The position numbers and the translations under genes are program-made. Of a stretch of DNA of 64,000 bases, positions 24,975-36,973 are shown piece after piece. The notes beneath the pieces are model-generated. The model made no database searches and was not told where the DNA came from. It was given only the letters and a program-made list of their open reading frames with translations. The stretch comes from Basidiobolus meristosporus CBS 931.73. Taxonomy: Eukaryota; Fungi; Basidiobolomycota. The stretch spans positions 1-64,000 of the forward strand of contig MCFE01000505.1 in NCBI GenBank assembly GCA_002104905.1, given 5' to 3'. Positions within the stretch are counted from its first letter, which is position 1; each line of letters opens with the position of its first letter.

Positions 24975-27900
24975 ATGGATTCTTTGAGACAGGATATCTT
25001 AAATCAACGCAAGAATTCCTTACCTTCGGATTCACTGACACTTTCCCAACTGAAACAGATTATCCATCAGATTCCCAACAAAAACAAGGTTTTTCCCAGC
25101 TCGTGGTTGAGACTCGTTGATGGCGTTACCATTAATCCTTGTTTCTTTAGCAACTACATTATCAATTTACCTATGGTGATACAGATGCGCTTCCTAGGGA
25201 GTTGGACGAGTTTTTTGGTTACCGCGAAATCAACAAGCTTCTAGAATTAAGACATGTTATGGACGATGTCAAGGAATCAGGTAGATCCGTAAAGCACTGT
25301 TGCACCATTCCTTTCGGGAAAACTCGCCCCTAAAACACTCCAAAGATTGGACAGAACGGACCCTGAACGAAAGGAGAGATTATATTGAGGTGTTGTTGGA
25401 AACCCTGGAGCTAAAGATTGGCGACATACGACAGTTGGCGGCCAAAGCCCTACTATACATATCATTAGGTACTCTCACTAGCAGCAGACATCACTATGTT
25501 AGGCTAATACATCCATAACAACAGGCACATTCGGCGAGTGTAGCACACCACATCAGCATTTAATATGGATAATAGAAAACAACAAAACTCTGAGATCTTG
25601 TGGCGCACTGGTTAGTTTTTACCAAGGATTGAAGCTAGCCTATGCCAACTACGAGCAGATGCGGTAAGAGGTTCTCAGAATGAAGCGGTACTACTGATGG
25701 CCGTCTAAGCCCTCCAACCAGCGACGCTCGCTTAGATTCGGAAGAGGAGGCCGAATGCTCGGATAAGATGGGACAAGCGTTCAACGAGATCGACCTATTC
25801 CTGACGTTGATCTATTTTCTCATCGAGACGCACCGCGGAGAGAAGAAATTCGGAGACGAGTTGGGTAGCGAGCGAACTTTCCAACGTGGTGATCTCCCGC
25901 TCAAACTAATTGCTTCGGTCACATCTAGCTGCCTTGGATACGCCGATACTGGAGTTTTTGTTCCATATGCTAGAAAAGCTGAAGTACTCTAATCGACGCT
26001 CTTTCTGTCCGAAGAAAGTAAGGTAGTTTCCATCTGACGCGTGTATCAGCAGAGTTGTAACCGAGCTTTCGAGAAGCTTCTTCTAGTGATTTGGAAAACC
26101 ATGCTGGCTATGCTTGGTGGCTTCGACAATATAGAATTGTTAAAGAACCCAACCAGAAGCCTTAACGACCTGCCGTTCTACTATAATCAGCGTAAGCCTA
26201 GCTTTGGCCACCGTTTTACTCTACCACCGCTTTACCAACCTAAATCCCAACAGCCACCAAGCCAAAAACCACCCCATTCGATTATCATCACTTCTGCTTC
26301 GACATGTCCCTCAAATTCCCGTCATTCTTTTCTGACCCCGAAGAAAACCCTCTGGTACACCAATTCGAACGCACCTGCGGGTTGACGAAGACATCTTCGT
26401 TCAACAGGCCCTTTGTGCTGCCCCTGACGCTTGACTCTCCAGTCATACCCGAGTCGATCTCCGAGGCCAAGGAGATGTATGAGAAGTTTATGTACATAAG
26501 CCCCGGGATGATCCAGATGCATAAAGAGACCGAGCTGATACGCAGATACGAGAGAGGCTTCCTGGAAAAGGATGAGCGGTTCACCGAATACATGGACCAA
26601 TCAGATGACATCGCTTGGAAGATCAATGCGAAGCAGACAACAGAGCAAATCCAGGATGAGGAGAACAAGATCCACGAGGCGCGAGGAATCCTAAGCAGAA
26701 TCGAGAATCTATACGTGAGTGTTGTAGGCTACGTTCACCAATCCAGACCAGCTAACAGCGCCTCTGTGTAGACATCGTTGTTGCCCATCACTCAGAATAT
26801 GGTGGTGATCCTGTTGAAGATGCTTCTTGCCACCATCAACAACAACAACAACAACAGCGATGCGTCGAAGAAAGGCAAAACCACCAAAGGTTAGTACTCG
26901 AGTATTGATTGGACCAATGTAGGTCTAATTCGGACCACAGGCGACCCTGGCCCACTTTTCAATCCGGAGACCTTGGACATGCAGACGATCGGAGCGATCG
27001 AAACTACACGCTACAAGGAGATCATAACCAAAGCTATCTCGGCCATCATCCTGTTGCTGCTGAAGTATTACAAACTAAATCGTATACATACATTCATTGT
27101 GATCTACCCAGCAGAGTCGATATATTGACCACCTGTTTCATGAGCAGATATTCTGAAGTTTGAATACCTTTGCCAACTCTTGCTTGATTCCAATTGTCTG
27201 CTCCTGATTTTGAAGATCTTTAGTGAGCAAGACGTGTCAGTAACCACTAGCGTTCGTAACGATATCAAACAACTAAAGTCAGTCACTCTTTCCGGACATC
27301 TGCGTGGACCAGCCGACACTAACGTCTTTGAAGCTTCATGCAGTACAGCAGATATTCGTCAGCGAAGCTGCCGGTAGACATCAATACGATAAAGCAGGAG
27401 ATTTTCAAAGCTCAGGAAAGGAACGAAGCCAAATACGGATCCAAAGAAGGGCGTCAAAAGCATGCAAACGCGATGGTCGTCTCTTGGAGAAATATGTTCT
27501 CTGCCATCAACTTGTTCCGAATTCTGCAGAAGCTAACCAAGCGCAAAAAGCATCGGATCCTGCCCACCGTCCTGACCTACAAATCGACGGTATGTTTTGA
27601 GCAGCTCGGGTGTCAGCCACCACCCATTAACCTTCTTTCCATGTACAGAATATGCTCAAGAGAGTTTTGAAAGTTACTCAGCCTCAGCTGCAATTGTATG
27701 CCTTGAAGTTTTTGAAAAATCAGATTCCCTATCTTGGGAGGAAGTGGAGACAGAGTAAGCTGCTCCGCGCACACCCTTTACTTGTCCCTCGGCTAAGCGA
27801 GCATTTATGTTAATTAGGCAATATGAAGCTGGTGACCTCTATCTACATGTACTGCCGACCAGAGCTAAAGGAAGACTGGATGTGTCTGATCGAGGGAGAA

Positions 27901-28493
27901 GAGCAACTTGACGAAGCGATGGTAAGTCTGCACTCGCAAGCATTCCCCTGGTCAAGGCTCCTTCTAATATTTCCACTCTCTAGGGACAAGAGCAATCCCT
28001 GCGAGCAATCATATCATTCTACAACGAGGTCCGCTACCCACAAATCTTTCCGAAACCCGCCTCATCGGGAGAGACCAAGCGTTCTTCAGTGGGCTCCACG
28101 GAGTCCTCCCTAGAGCACAGTCTGCCGGAGAACGAGTTGCTAGACGATAATTTCAAATTGAATTACGAGAAGTGGCTACAGGACGAGGTATTTTACAACA
28201 CACCCCCAACCGAAGTGATTGTGGGCGTCAGTGATTATTATGAGGATGATCTACTGGAGCATGCAGGTATACTCTCACCAAGGTCTCCGGATACCCCCCA
28301 TTTCTTCGCTGACGACGGGAGCGACGAAGCAGCTGGCTTGTCCACCGATCTAAACTCGGAAAGCATAAGTCGGATAGAACGTGAGATCAAGGCCAAGCAC
28401 GAGATGTTAGAAGACGAAGACGCTGATCTGGATGATGGCTACATGCAGTGTCGGCAGATCGACCTTGCCTCCCTCCAAGAACACCCCCAATAA
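24975..28493 (+). CDS. FAR11: STRIPAK subunit Far11/STRIP (N1221 + DUF3402 domains); many introns
   Basis: YQFTYGDTDALPRELDEFFGY, RYKEII.KAISAIILLLLK, LLLDSNCLLLILK, SWRNMFSAINLFRILQKLTKRK, KLVTSIYMYCRPELKEDW. Confidence 0.92.
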
Positions 28494-28591
28494 ATGAACT
28501 TGACAATTTCGTAGATGTCCACCAGCTGGTGGCTAGCTTTATATATTTACGAGCTATGTTATTTACAATGATGGCGGGGATGTTCACTGAT

Positions 28592-29495
28592 TCACCTGGA
28601 GGAAACACTACAATCTCTACGCCTGAGGTATCTTGTCAGGTTCCTGGCGACATCGAACTCCGAACGGATGGTCTTTTTGTTTTCATAATACACTTCAGCA
28701 ATCTCCAGTATCTCATCCGGGCGGAATTGGTGACTCCAATGGGGACTTGCCGGAGCGATAGCTTTCATTTCGGGTTGACCAGCGTCGATTGGGTTAGGTC
28801 TACGGGCCATGATATGCGAGTAGAAAGCTGCAGCGTCTTCCACGATGATTGTTGATAAGGTAGACATGTTCAAGCGAGGGGATGCTGGGATGATCGAAAT
28901 CAAGGTTGTTTATATATCAACCTTGTTGATTCACCGAACAATGCCCATCTCTCTATCCGACTTTGTTGGAATGTGAAACTCCACAATGGATTTGACAGCT
29001 TTGGCTTGGTGCCGGTGCTCTATCGCCAGCTGTCAGATCCATCAAAAAATTAATTAATTGGAAACAACGACGATTCCGCTGTCCTTCCGAACTAAATGAA
29101 TCCCTTCAATTCAGACCTGCATAAGTGGATGTTTAAAACTCTGGTGGGAATGGAATATCCGAAAACTCTGGTGGGAATGGAATATCCGTCTGGCTGTTGC
29201 GTGTCGAATCACCCCGTGAGTCACCCACACATACCATCCTGTGCATTGTATCGAGTTGGAAGTTTCCACATGTTCTCACAGCTTTCCCTAGGGAACACAA
29301 CCCCAACTCCATCACCAGTTTCGATAAAGAACGAAAGCCCGCTCAATGCGATACTAGACCTTTAAGGAATCCAACTTGATATTTTTCCTCGTAAATGTGA
29401 GCTGGTGGCATGATACCAACGATACCCTACCCGGCGTGTCCAACTTACCGTTTGTCTGGTTGGAAACAAGATAATGAAGCATGCTCAAGTGCCAT
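28592..29495 (-). CDS. Possible multi-exon hypothetical gene or pseudogene
   Basis: TATA-like sequence near 29610, ATG at 29495 with a consensus GTAAGT donor at 29447, and an open protein-like segment at 28592-28903. The exon chain could not be fully closed. Confidence 0.3.
29135..29188. repeat. Perfect 27-bp tandem duplication
   Basis: AAAACTCTGGTGGGAATGGAATATCCG x2. Confidence 0.95.
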
Positions 29496-30098
29496 TCCTG
29501 AATCAATCTTCAAGTACTTGTTAGATCGATAGGTTCGAATGGATTTGAAACCTAAGTTGGCACTCCAGCTACCACCTAGCCTACTCTGGCGCCACCAGCG
29601 AAATGAGGTATATATAGCACGACCAATAATAGACACGTGGACCCCAGATGACAAGAAATGAAGGGCACCAGATATGGCAATGGACTAACACATTAATGTC
29701 ACACTACTCCAACTCTAACCCACACCTCCGTCCACAAATATCACTTGTGGGATTATGTAGGGGGTTTTATTGGTATTCTTGAACGTCTAAGGGATCATTC
29801 AATTGGATGGTGGTGAAATGGCCGAGCAGTGTGAAGAACCAAAAAGAAGCCCGGGGTGAATAAATAACGAGGTACATATATAGATATATAGATGGATGCC
29901 GAGGTGAATTAGGGAGGAGCTTGCGTTGCGTGAAGAAAGAATTATTGAATGATGGGTTAAGTGTACATGGTGGGTGTCCTCTCGAGTGCGAGTGAATATT
30001 AGATTAGGCTCGTATTGAAATACTCATACAACGAAATTTACAGATTGAAATGGCTGCAAATTGGATGAAAGCCAACCCCCGGGTCGCATGGGTTATTC

Positions 30099-32104
30099 CT
30101 AAACGACGATGGTGCTTTGCTCTCCATTGAAAGGGTGCCTCCAACCACATTGGAATTCGTCTGCATTGTAGGACCTGGTATCGCTTGTACTAGTGTTATA
30201 CCCAATATGGTGCATCAGCAGGCTCTTCGATATAACCAAGGTCTGGCTGCATTCTTGGCATTGCGGGTCCACGCCCAGCAAGCAATTCTGAAGAATGATA
30301 TCCGGTGGGGTTTGGCTCGAAGAGAGAAGCAACTGGTGGGCCTTCTCCGCGATGTGCCGCTTAAAGATCAGTCCGCTTCCACCAGTACCAACGAATGCGC
30401 CGCAATGCTCGGGTACATGCTTGTTGGCATGGTACAGCACTCGCAAGAAGTCTGGCCAGGTATTCTCGCACAGCGGGAAGTCATCCTCGACGATCTCGAT
30501 GTACGAGGTCTGATACGTCTCGCTCACGAGCTTCATGGCTTTGGAGAAGTGGAGGTGTTGGTTCTTTTCAGAGCCGGGCTCCTGTACCCACCTCAGATAC
30601 CTCTGTCCTTTACGCGTATTCTCAAACTTCATCTTCGCTCTCTCGAATGCAGGGTGATCATCGAAGTGCGTATACACCACCATTTGGACTCTGGAGTAAA
30701 ACGACTCCAACGCAGGCTCTGCCGGGAAGTGAGCCAAGTAGGATTCGATGGTGTTGGTCAAGAAGTCGGGTTGGCCGGGTCGAGGGGCAGTCATAACCAA
30801 GAATGTCATCAGATAGCGGTCCTCGCTGATAGAGGTAAGCGTTTCAGGGTCCACCTGAACGGGTCTAGTGTAGATCACATTACAAAATAGGAGCAGAACG
30901 GCAGCAATGCCCAAAACGAATGAGCACCGCTTGATTGCTTTCACAACGAGCTGCTTGATTGGCACGCTGAAGTAGCATTTCGAAATGCTGGGCATCTGTC
31001 TCATGATTTTTTGCCGCTTCATGACCGAGTACGATCCGATGGTCGCGACGAAGCCAACCAGTAGACCGCTGATGCTCCACCAAAAGGCGTTCTTTGGAAG
31101 GAAATTCAGCATGCACATAAACAACTGAATCCATACTTTCGACACCTTGATGCGAGTATCGATCTCCTCGCCGTAATACAGGATGTACTTGTCGTGAAGG
31201 TTCACCGACTGGAAGACCAGCATGGAGAACAAAAACGGCGCCATTCCTAAAAGCTGCTGGTCAGCACCCCGTCTCAATGATACTAGTGAAGTGTGGTGGG
31301 TTTACCTTGGCTGCACTCGTGCAATGAATCGCTGAAGAATAGTATGGGAAGCGCCCAACCGGTTCCGCGGGAGAAAAGGTACCCGATGAACTGCCTTACT
31401 GCGCTGACTCCAACCAAAAGGCCGACAAAGGTGATCAAGAAACGCTTCGTTCCGCCCAGAAAATGGGACAACGACTCTTCGAACAGGCCCAGGGTGAGAA
31501 AATTGAGGCCCGATATCAGGAGGCCAACAGGGGTGAGCGGGATAAGGAACGGAGACAAAAGTAGACCAAGATATTCTTTACGGTAGAGAACAAATGAGGG
31601 GGCAGAACACACTTTGGTGGGAAGTAGGTTGAACAAGTTTAGTATGGAGAGGAGGGCGGAAAGGATAATGATTTGACGAGTGACCGTGGGCAGCGGCCAT
31701 AGTGCAAGAATCCGATACTGCTTTCGCTTCAGCGGATTGTTCTCCTCCCCAGGAGGGGCCTGCGTGAACTGTGAAACATCGAAATACGGGGATTTTGCGT
31801 TTTCTTTGGAAAAGAAACCCTCGAGAAAACCTCTGGACTCCATTTTTTCCACACTCTCGTTGGCCTTGAAAGTGAGCTGGAAAGTAGGCCCGGAAGTTTG
31901 TAAGGAGATGGAGGTGGCTCTGCCTCTTGAGTGGCTTCTAGGGTGTGGGGAGGTGTTGCTATTGTGGTGGTTTTGGCTATGGTCATGCAAAGGTAAAGGA
32001 GTGTCGGTCCACTCCGAGAGCCGTAGAAAGTCGTCCTCCTGCACTAGGCGTACAGACCGGCATAAGTGAAGAAGGTTCCGATAGTTCGTTTCGTTCCCAC
32101 CCAT
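30099..32104 (-). CDS. Fusion protein: rhomboid-superfamily-like multi-TM domain + MGAT4/GT54-like glycosyltransferase
   Basis: A 59-nt GT-AG intron (31305-31247, GCTGAC branch) joins the two ORFs in frame. There are about 7-8 hydrophobic segments, then TFLVMTAPR..DFL..TIES, EIVEDDF, PPDIIL and SLLMHHIGYNTST. Confidence 0.75.
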
Positions 32105-33257
32105 GATTCTATGATAAAAATGGTGTAAAGGAAAGGATGAGAAGGAACGAGAGAAGGCAAGGAAAGGAGATGGAGCCTACGAGTAATTAAATAGGCCCAA
32201 TGCAGCCTCCAGCTAATATATAAACCAAGGAGATTTCAGCGAGCGTTGGAGGGCGAATGGATTTCTCACTCGCCGACTGCTAGATTAGGAACGAGGACTG
32301 AATTGCTTAATCGATACTTCAATATATGGATCAAACGGGTATTCAATTGTTTACGGAGATAAACGCAGGTTGCCCAGGGTGAAGGAACATTAGCGGTACC
32401 ACGGTATGAAACCGGGGCTTAGATAGACGCGGCATGGGCAGACGAGTGGTAATTAGGCGGTATAAACATCCACCATAGGCACCAGCAAGCAAGGGGATGC
32501 AAGATTAGTCTGATTGAGCGGGGTAACTAACGGTCCAGTGTGAGTAATCTTACCTTTCTGATGGTTGGATTTGGTAGCCACATTTCGTGTAGCCAGAGTG
32601 AGAGGTGTGATTCGCCCGCCGTGCTTCACAGATGCTGTATATCACCACGGCTGATGTAACTATATGCAATGCAATTATGTATATTGTCCAAGGGTGACTT
32701 TTCCCTAACTTGTTGCGCATGAGTAAATGCAAAGCCTCAGCCGTCGAAAGGTAGGTTTGGTTTTGCGCCGATGCCTTTTGTGGCAGGTTGGTATGTAAAT
32801 CCGTTCTTGATAATCAGTAGTTCAACGTAAATCCGGGCTAATTAAACCGAATGATTAAATCTGCCAACGTAAATCCGGACCAAAAGTGGGCTCGTCTAAC
32901 CATATGATTAAATCTGGCTCAAGTTTGATAAGCCCACACTGATGCCCTCTTGAATCACTATGATGGGATGGGATGACAATTGTTTATTTACTGCTCCAGA
33001 AAATCACCGGTATTGGATCACACTGATCTTGCCAATGAACGATCCATGGATTCGATTAATTAATGTTTAATTCCGATTTTTAGCTTTCAATTCTGTAGTC
33101 CTGACGCGAAACCATACCTCCTTTTCACTTCAACGCGACACTGTGGTTGCCTTGACTTTCATTTTGGTAGATCTGCTATTGATATCCCTCATATACAGTC
33201 TACAGAGTAGTATTCTTTACCGAGTTATCGCCGTTATACGTGCCTTTCGTTTACACA

Positions 33258-34914
33258 ATGCCCCCCAAGAAGAGCACCAAACCAAAAGCAACCGCCTCAC
33301 CGGTAGGTTCAATCCCAAAGTGTCTGCTCTTGGAGCTTCCCCTTTTCTGATCAGCGCGCAAACAGGTTTCCAAAAAGTCTGCTAAAAGCCGTGAAAGTCG
33401 GCACAAAGCTGGTGAGTATTCAATCGGTCCACAACTATCAAGACATCTTCTCATCGCTCTACCCACCACCACATAGCTGTACACGACGACGACGACGAGC
33501 TTGCCAGTAGGTTTTTTCCCATTTTACTCACGCCCGCTCGAGGTTTTGATCTTTCTTCTCGTTCGTTGTAGTTTCAAATAACAGCGTATCCCCTGTACGT
33601 CGTTCTCCACGAAAGATCACCAAAGATGCCACAAAAAGCCAGCCGAAAAGAGGAAAAGTCTCCAAGATTAGCCCAGATAATACTCCTGAGCGTCCCAAGA
33701 CGACCTCAAAGCCTAAATCTCGCCAAACACAAAAGGCTGAGGTTCAAGAGATTTCCACTAGTAGAGAAGATACCAAACAAGCAACAAAGAGCAAGGCTGG
33801 GTCCAAGAATGAGCCAACTAAGCCTTCTAGAGGTAGACCATCCAAGGCCACAAACATAGAACCTATTTCAGAAGCGGAGCAGAGCCCGGAGCCGAAAACT
33901 CGTTTGTCGAGAAAAAGAGCATCTTTATCCACTGATGATTTACCACCGGCGAAACGCGGCAGAACACGGTCTGTTGCAGACACCCCGGAGTCTCCGTCCG
34001 TCGATATTTCTCTGAACGCGTCAGCCCAAGAGGAATCTCCATCTACTGGAAATGGTAGGAAAATTTCCAAAGTGTCCCTTTCACATAGAGCAGTAAATGG
34101 AAAAAAGCGAACCGCCTCCATTAATGATGCCGGTAAACCGGAGGAGCTGAAGCGAGTCAATAAGCAATTGGAGGAACTGACCAAGAAATACGAGGAGTTG
34201 AAGAGAATTGGCATCCAGGATGCCGAGAAGACATTCAGCGAGTACAAAAATAATGCTGAATTGCGATTCAAAGCTTCAGATGACGCTATCGACCGTTTAA
34301 AAAAGGAGCTCGCAAAACTCAAGGAGCAGAAGAGTGTAAAGAAGCAACTCGAAAATCAGAAACTTTTAGAGCAGCAAGCTGAGGAATTGGAGTCTTTGAA
34401 CAGCGAAGGTAGGCTTTCTAGCTTAGCCTTTTTATTATTCATGCGGATGCTAACGTTCTGAATCTTCGTTCAGTGGCCAAGCTGAGGTCTGAAAGTGAGA
34501 AACTCAACGAAGAGAAGGTTTCCAGCGACACTGCGGAGATGGATTTGTCGCTTCAGCTTTACAAGGAGCTATCCCAACTAAAGATCATGCAGATCGAGAA
34601 GACCGATCAAGAATTGATATTCACCTGCGAGCAGACTGGTGGTAAAGGAAGTAAGTGGCCAAATGATTCAGCAGAGAGGATTCACGAAAAGCTAAACAGG
34701 CGCTATTGTAGCATTGAAGTATCTTCTGCGTCAGGATTTGGACGATTTGGAAACATTCCACTACGAGCCACTGCTGGATGAAGAAAACGATGCGGATTTA
34801 ATCGAGCAGATTCCTGGTTACTTCAACGAGGCGATCTCCTTCAACAAAGCATATGCCAGTCTCTTCTTCTGGCGAGCTCTTGATTCGTTGAAAAAGGAGG
34901 CCAAGAAGCACTAA
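33258..34914 (+). CDS. CSM1: Monopolin subunit Csm1/Pcs1-like kinetochore protein
   Basis: Basic disordered N-terminus and coiled coil, then C-terminal FTCEQTG...FHYEPLLDEENDADLIEQIPGYFNEAISF..ASLFFWRAL. Confidence 0.8.
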
Positions 34915-35295
34915 ACGATGATTCCCCCATTTTCCTTCCACAAAGCCCATATTTTTGTTTCCCCACTGATTTGTACATTGCTTGCGCTGTCTCTTTCTTT
35001 ACATAACGTTTGCTCCGAATACTTTTGAGGTGGCCAGTTTGTTCAACCACCTAATACACACGTATACATATCTTCCGGTATATGTCTGAGCCTGAGCGTG
35101 CCAAAATTTTGCTAATAAAGTGCCAATGAATATGAAGACTGCTTATCGGGTGGAGGAGGCAAGCTCGATCATTTCCAGGGATCTCATTGGTGGTTGGCCG
35201 CTGCTGGGTAAACCCATTCGAACGAAAATTTCACTTGACTGGTTTGTAGGGCACAGGTTGACTAATACTACCGGTGTAAAGCATATATTAAGACG

Positions 35296-36798
35296 ATGTC
35301 GTCGCAGGCAAATTGGAAAAACGTGAATAATTGGTAATCCAGGGTTTATTTGCTCACCTGAAGAACACTCTCACTGACTTTTCCTTGCCAACGACTCGTT
35401 TAGGCATTGGTATGATTTCTCCACAACTTCTCTTTACTTGGCGATGATATTCAATTCTTCTGTTCACTGCTAATCCAAGGACGGAAAAAAACTGTGCTCC
35501 GTGGGCCAAGGAGTATTTCTCCCGGGAGCTGAGGGACATTGGGGTTGTTGACAATGGGATCGAGGTGAAGACGACTTCGGTGACCGAAGTAATAGGCGAT
35601 GTGGACCTGAATCAGAGGAAAGGAAAGATCTTCACTCTGTTTGATCTGAAGATTACTTTGAATTGGGTTGGTTCCGACAAGAGCGGACTGCAGGTGAGCG
35701 GGAGAATCCACATTCCTGAAGTAGCCCACGATAGCGAGGTAGACGATTATGTGGTACGTAGAAGAGCATGTTCATTCTCCCGGATAGTATTTTATTTCCC
35801 CGTGGCTGACCATTTTTCTGTTTAGTTCAATATCACGGTGAACGACGACACCTCAGATAAATACGATATCAAGCAAGTTGTACATAAAAAATTAACCAAA
35901 GAATTGCGCAAAAAACTCTCCAAATTCTCAAAGGATTTGGCTGACGGTAGCGTTGCTTGAACGAATCGCTTGTATGTCCACCCGTTTCTAAACTTGTATG
36001 ATCTATTTAGCTCACAGCAAAGACGTCTACATTGACCCTGCTGAATTAAGAACCCAACCAAGCCCCAGTGTTTCTGTCCCCGCTGCTACTGCCTCAGTCA
36101 CCTCCACCCCCGCCGTTGGCACACCTGCTGCAGCTATGAAACCACATTCAGTCGTAAGCAATCCCGCAAAGAAAACAAATGATTATTCAGAGCGTATCGA
36201 GTTCCCCACCAGCCCGAAGCTTCTCTACGGCTTACTCATGAACCAGAAAAGGGTCAAGTCTTGGTCTCGAGCAACCACCAACATTGATGACCAAGTGAAT
36301 GGTAGATTTGAGCTCTTCAATGGGGAAGTAACCGGCAAATTCCTTGAGATTGTATGTTGCAACCTTATTTGGTACTCTAGCCTTGGCACTGAACTGTATT
36401 TAATGTAGGCCCCTGAAGAAAAGATTGTAATGGAGTGGCGTTTGCCAAGTTGGGCTGAAGGTAAGGCAACACTCTAATGCTACCCCAACAACCTTTCACT
36501 AATTTATGGCCGTTTAGGCACCTGTACACGTGTCACACTCACCTTTGAGCCCCAAGACGATGGGGACAACACAACCCTTATCCTCCACCAGACCGATATT
36601 CCCAAAGGCCAGCTGAACGTAGTCACTCACAAATGGAAGCTTCACTACTGGCAGCCATTGCAGGTCCTGATGGAGCGCAAGAAGAAAAAACAAGCCAGGG
36701 CTGAGCAGCGCGCCAGGGACGAGAAGTCCCTCTACATGTACTCAGCAGCAAGTGTGCTACTGGTGGGCGCAAGCTACTTGGCATACAAATTACTTTAA
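35296..36798 (+). CDS. AHA1: Hsp90 co-chaperone Aha1 with an extra C-terminal hydrophobic anchor
   Basis: Spliced KNVNNWHWTEKNCAPWAK, NQRKGK motif, IPEVAHD and a START-like C domain. It ends RKKKKQARAEQRARDEK-SLYMYSAASVLLVGASYLAYKLL*. Confidence 0.9.
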
Positions 36799-36973
36799 CA
36801 TTCCCTTCACCATTTGCTGGAGAGGTTTCCCTTACAACTCAACGCATTTAACCTGGCATCAAATAAATATTGCAGAACAACCTAAGCTTGGTTTTATTGT
36901 TTCCTCTCTCAAAACGGCATGATTTCTAACGAGGTCTAAGATGAATGGGTATGCTTGTGCAATGGTCCACCGC

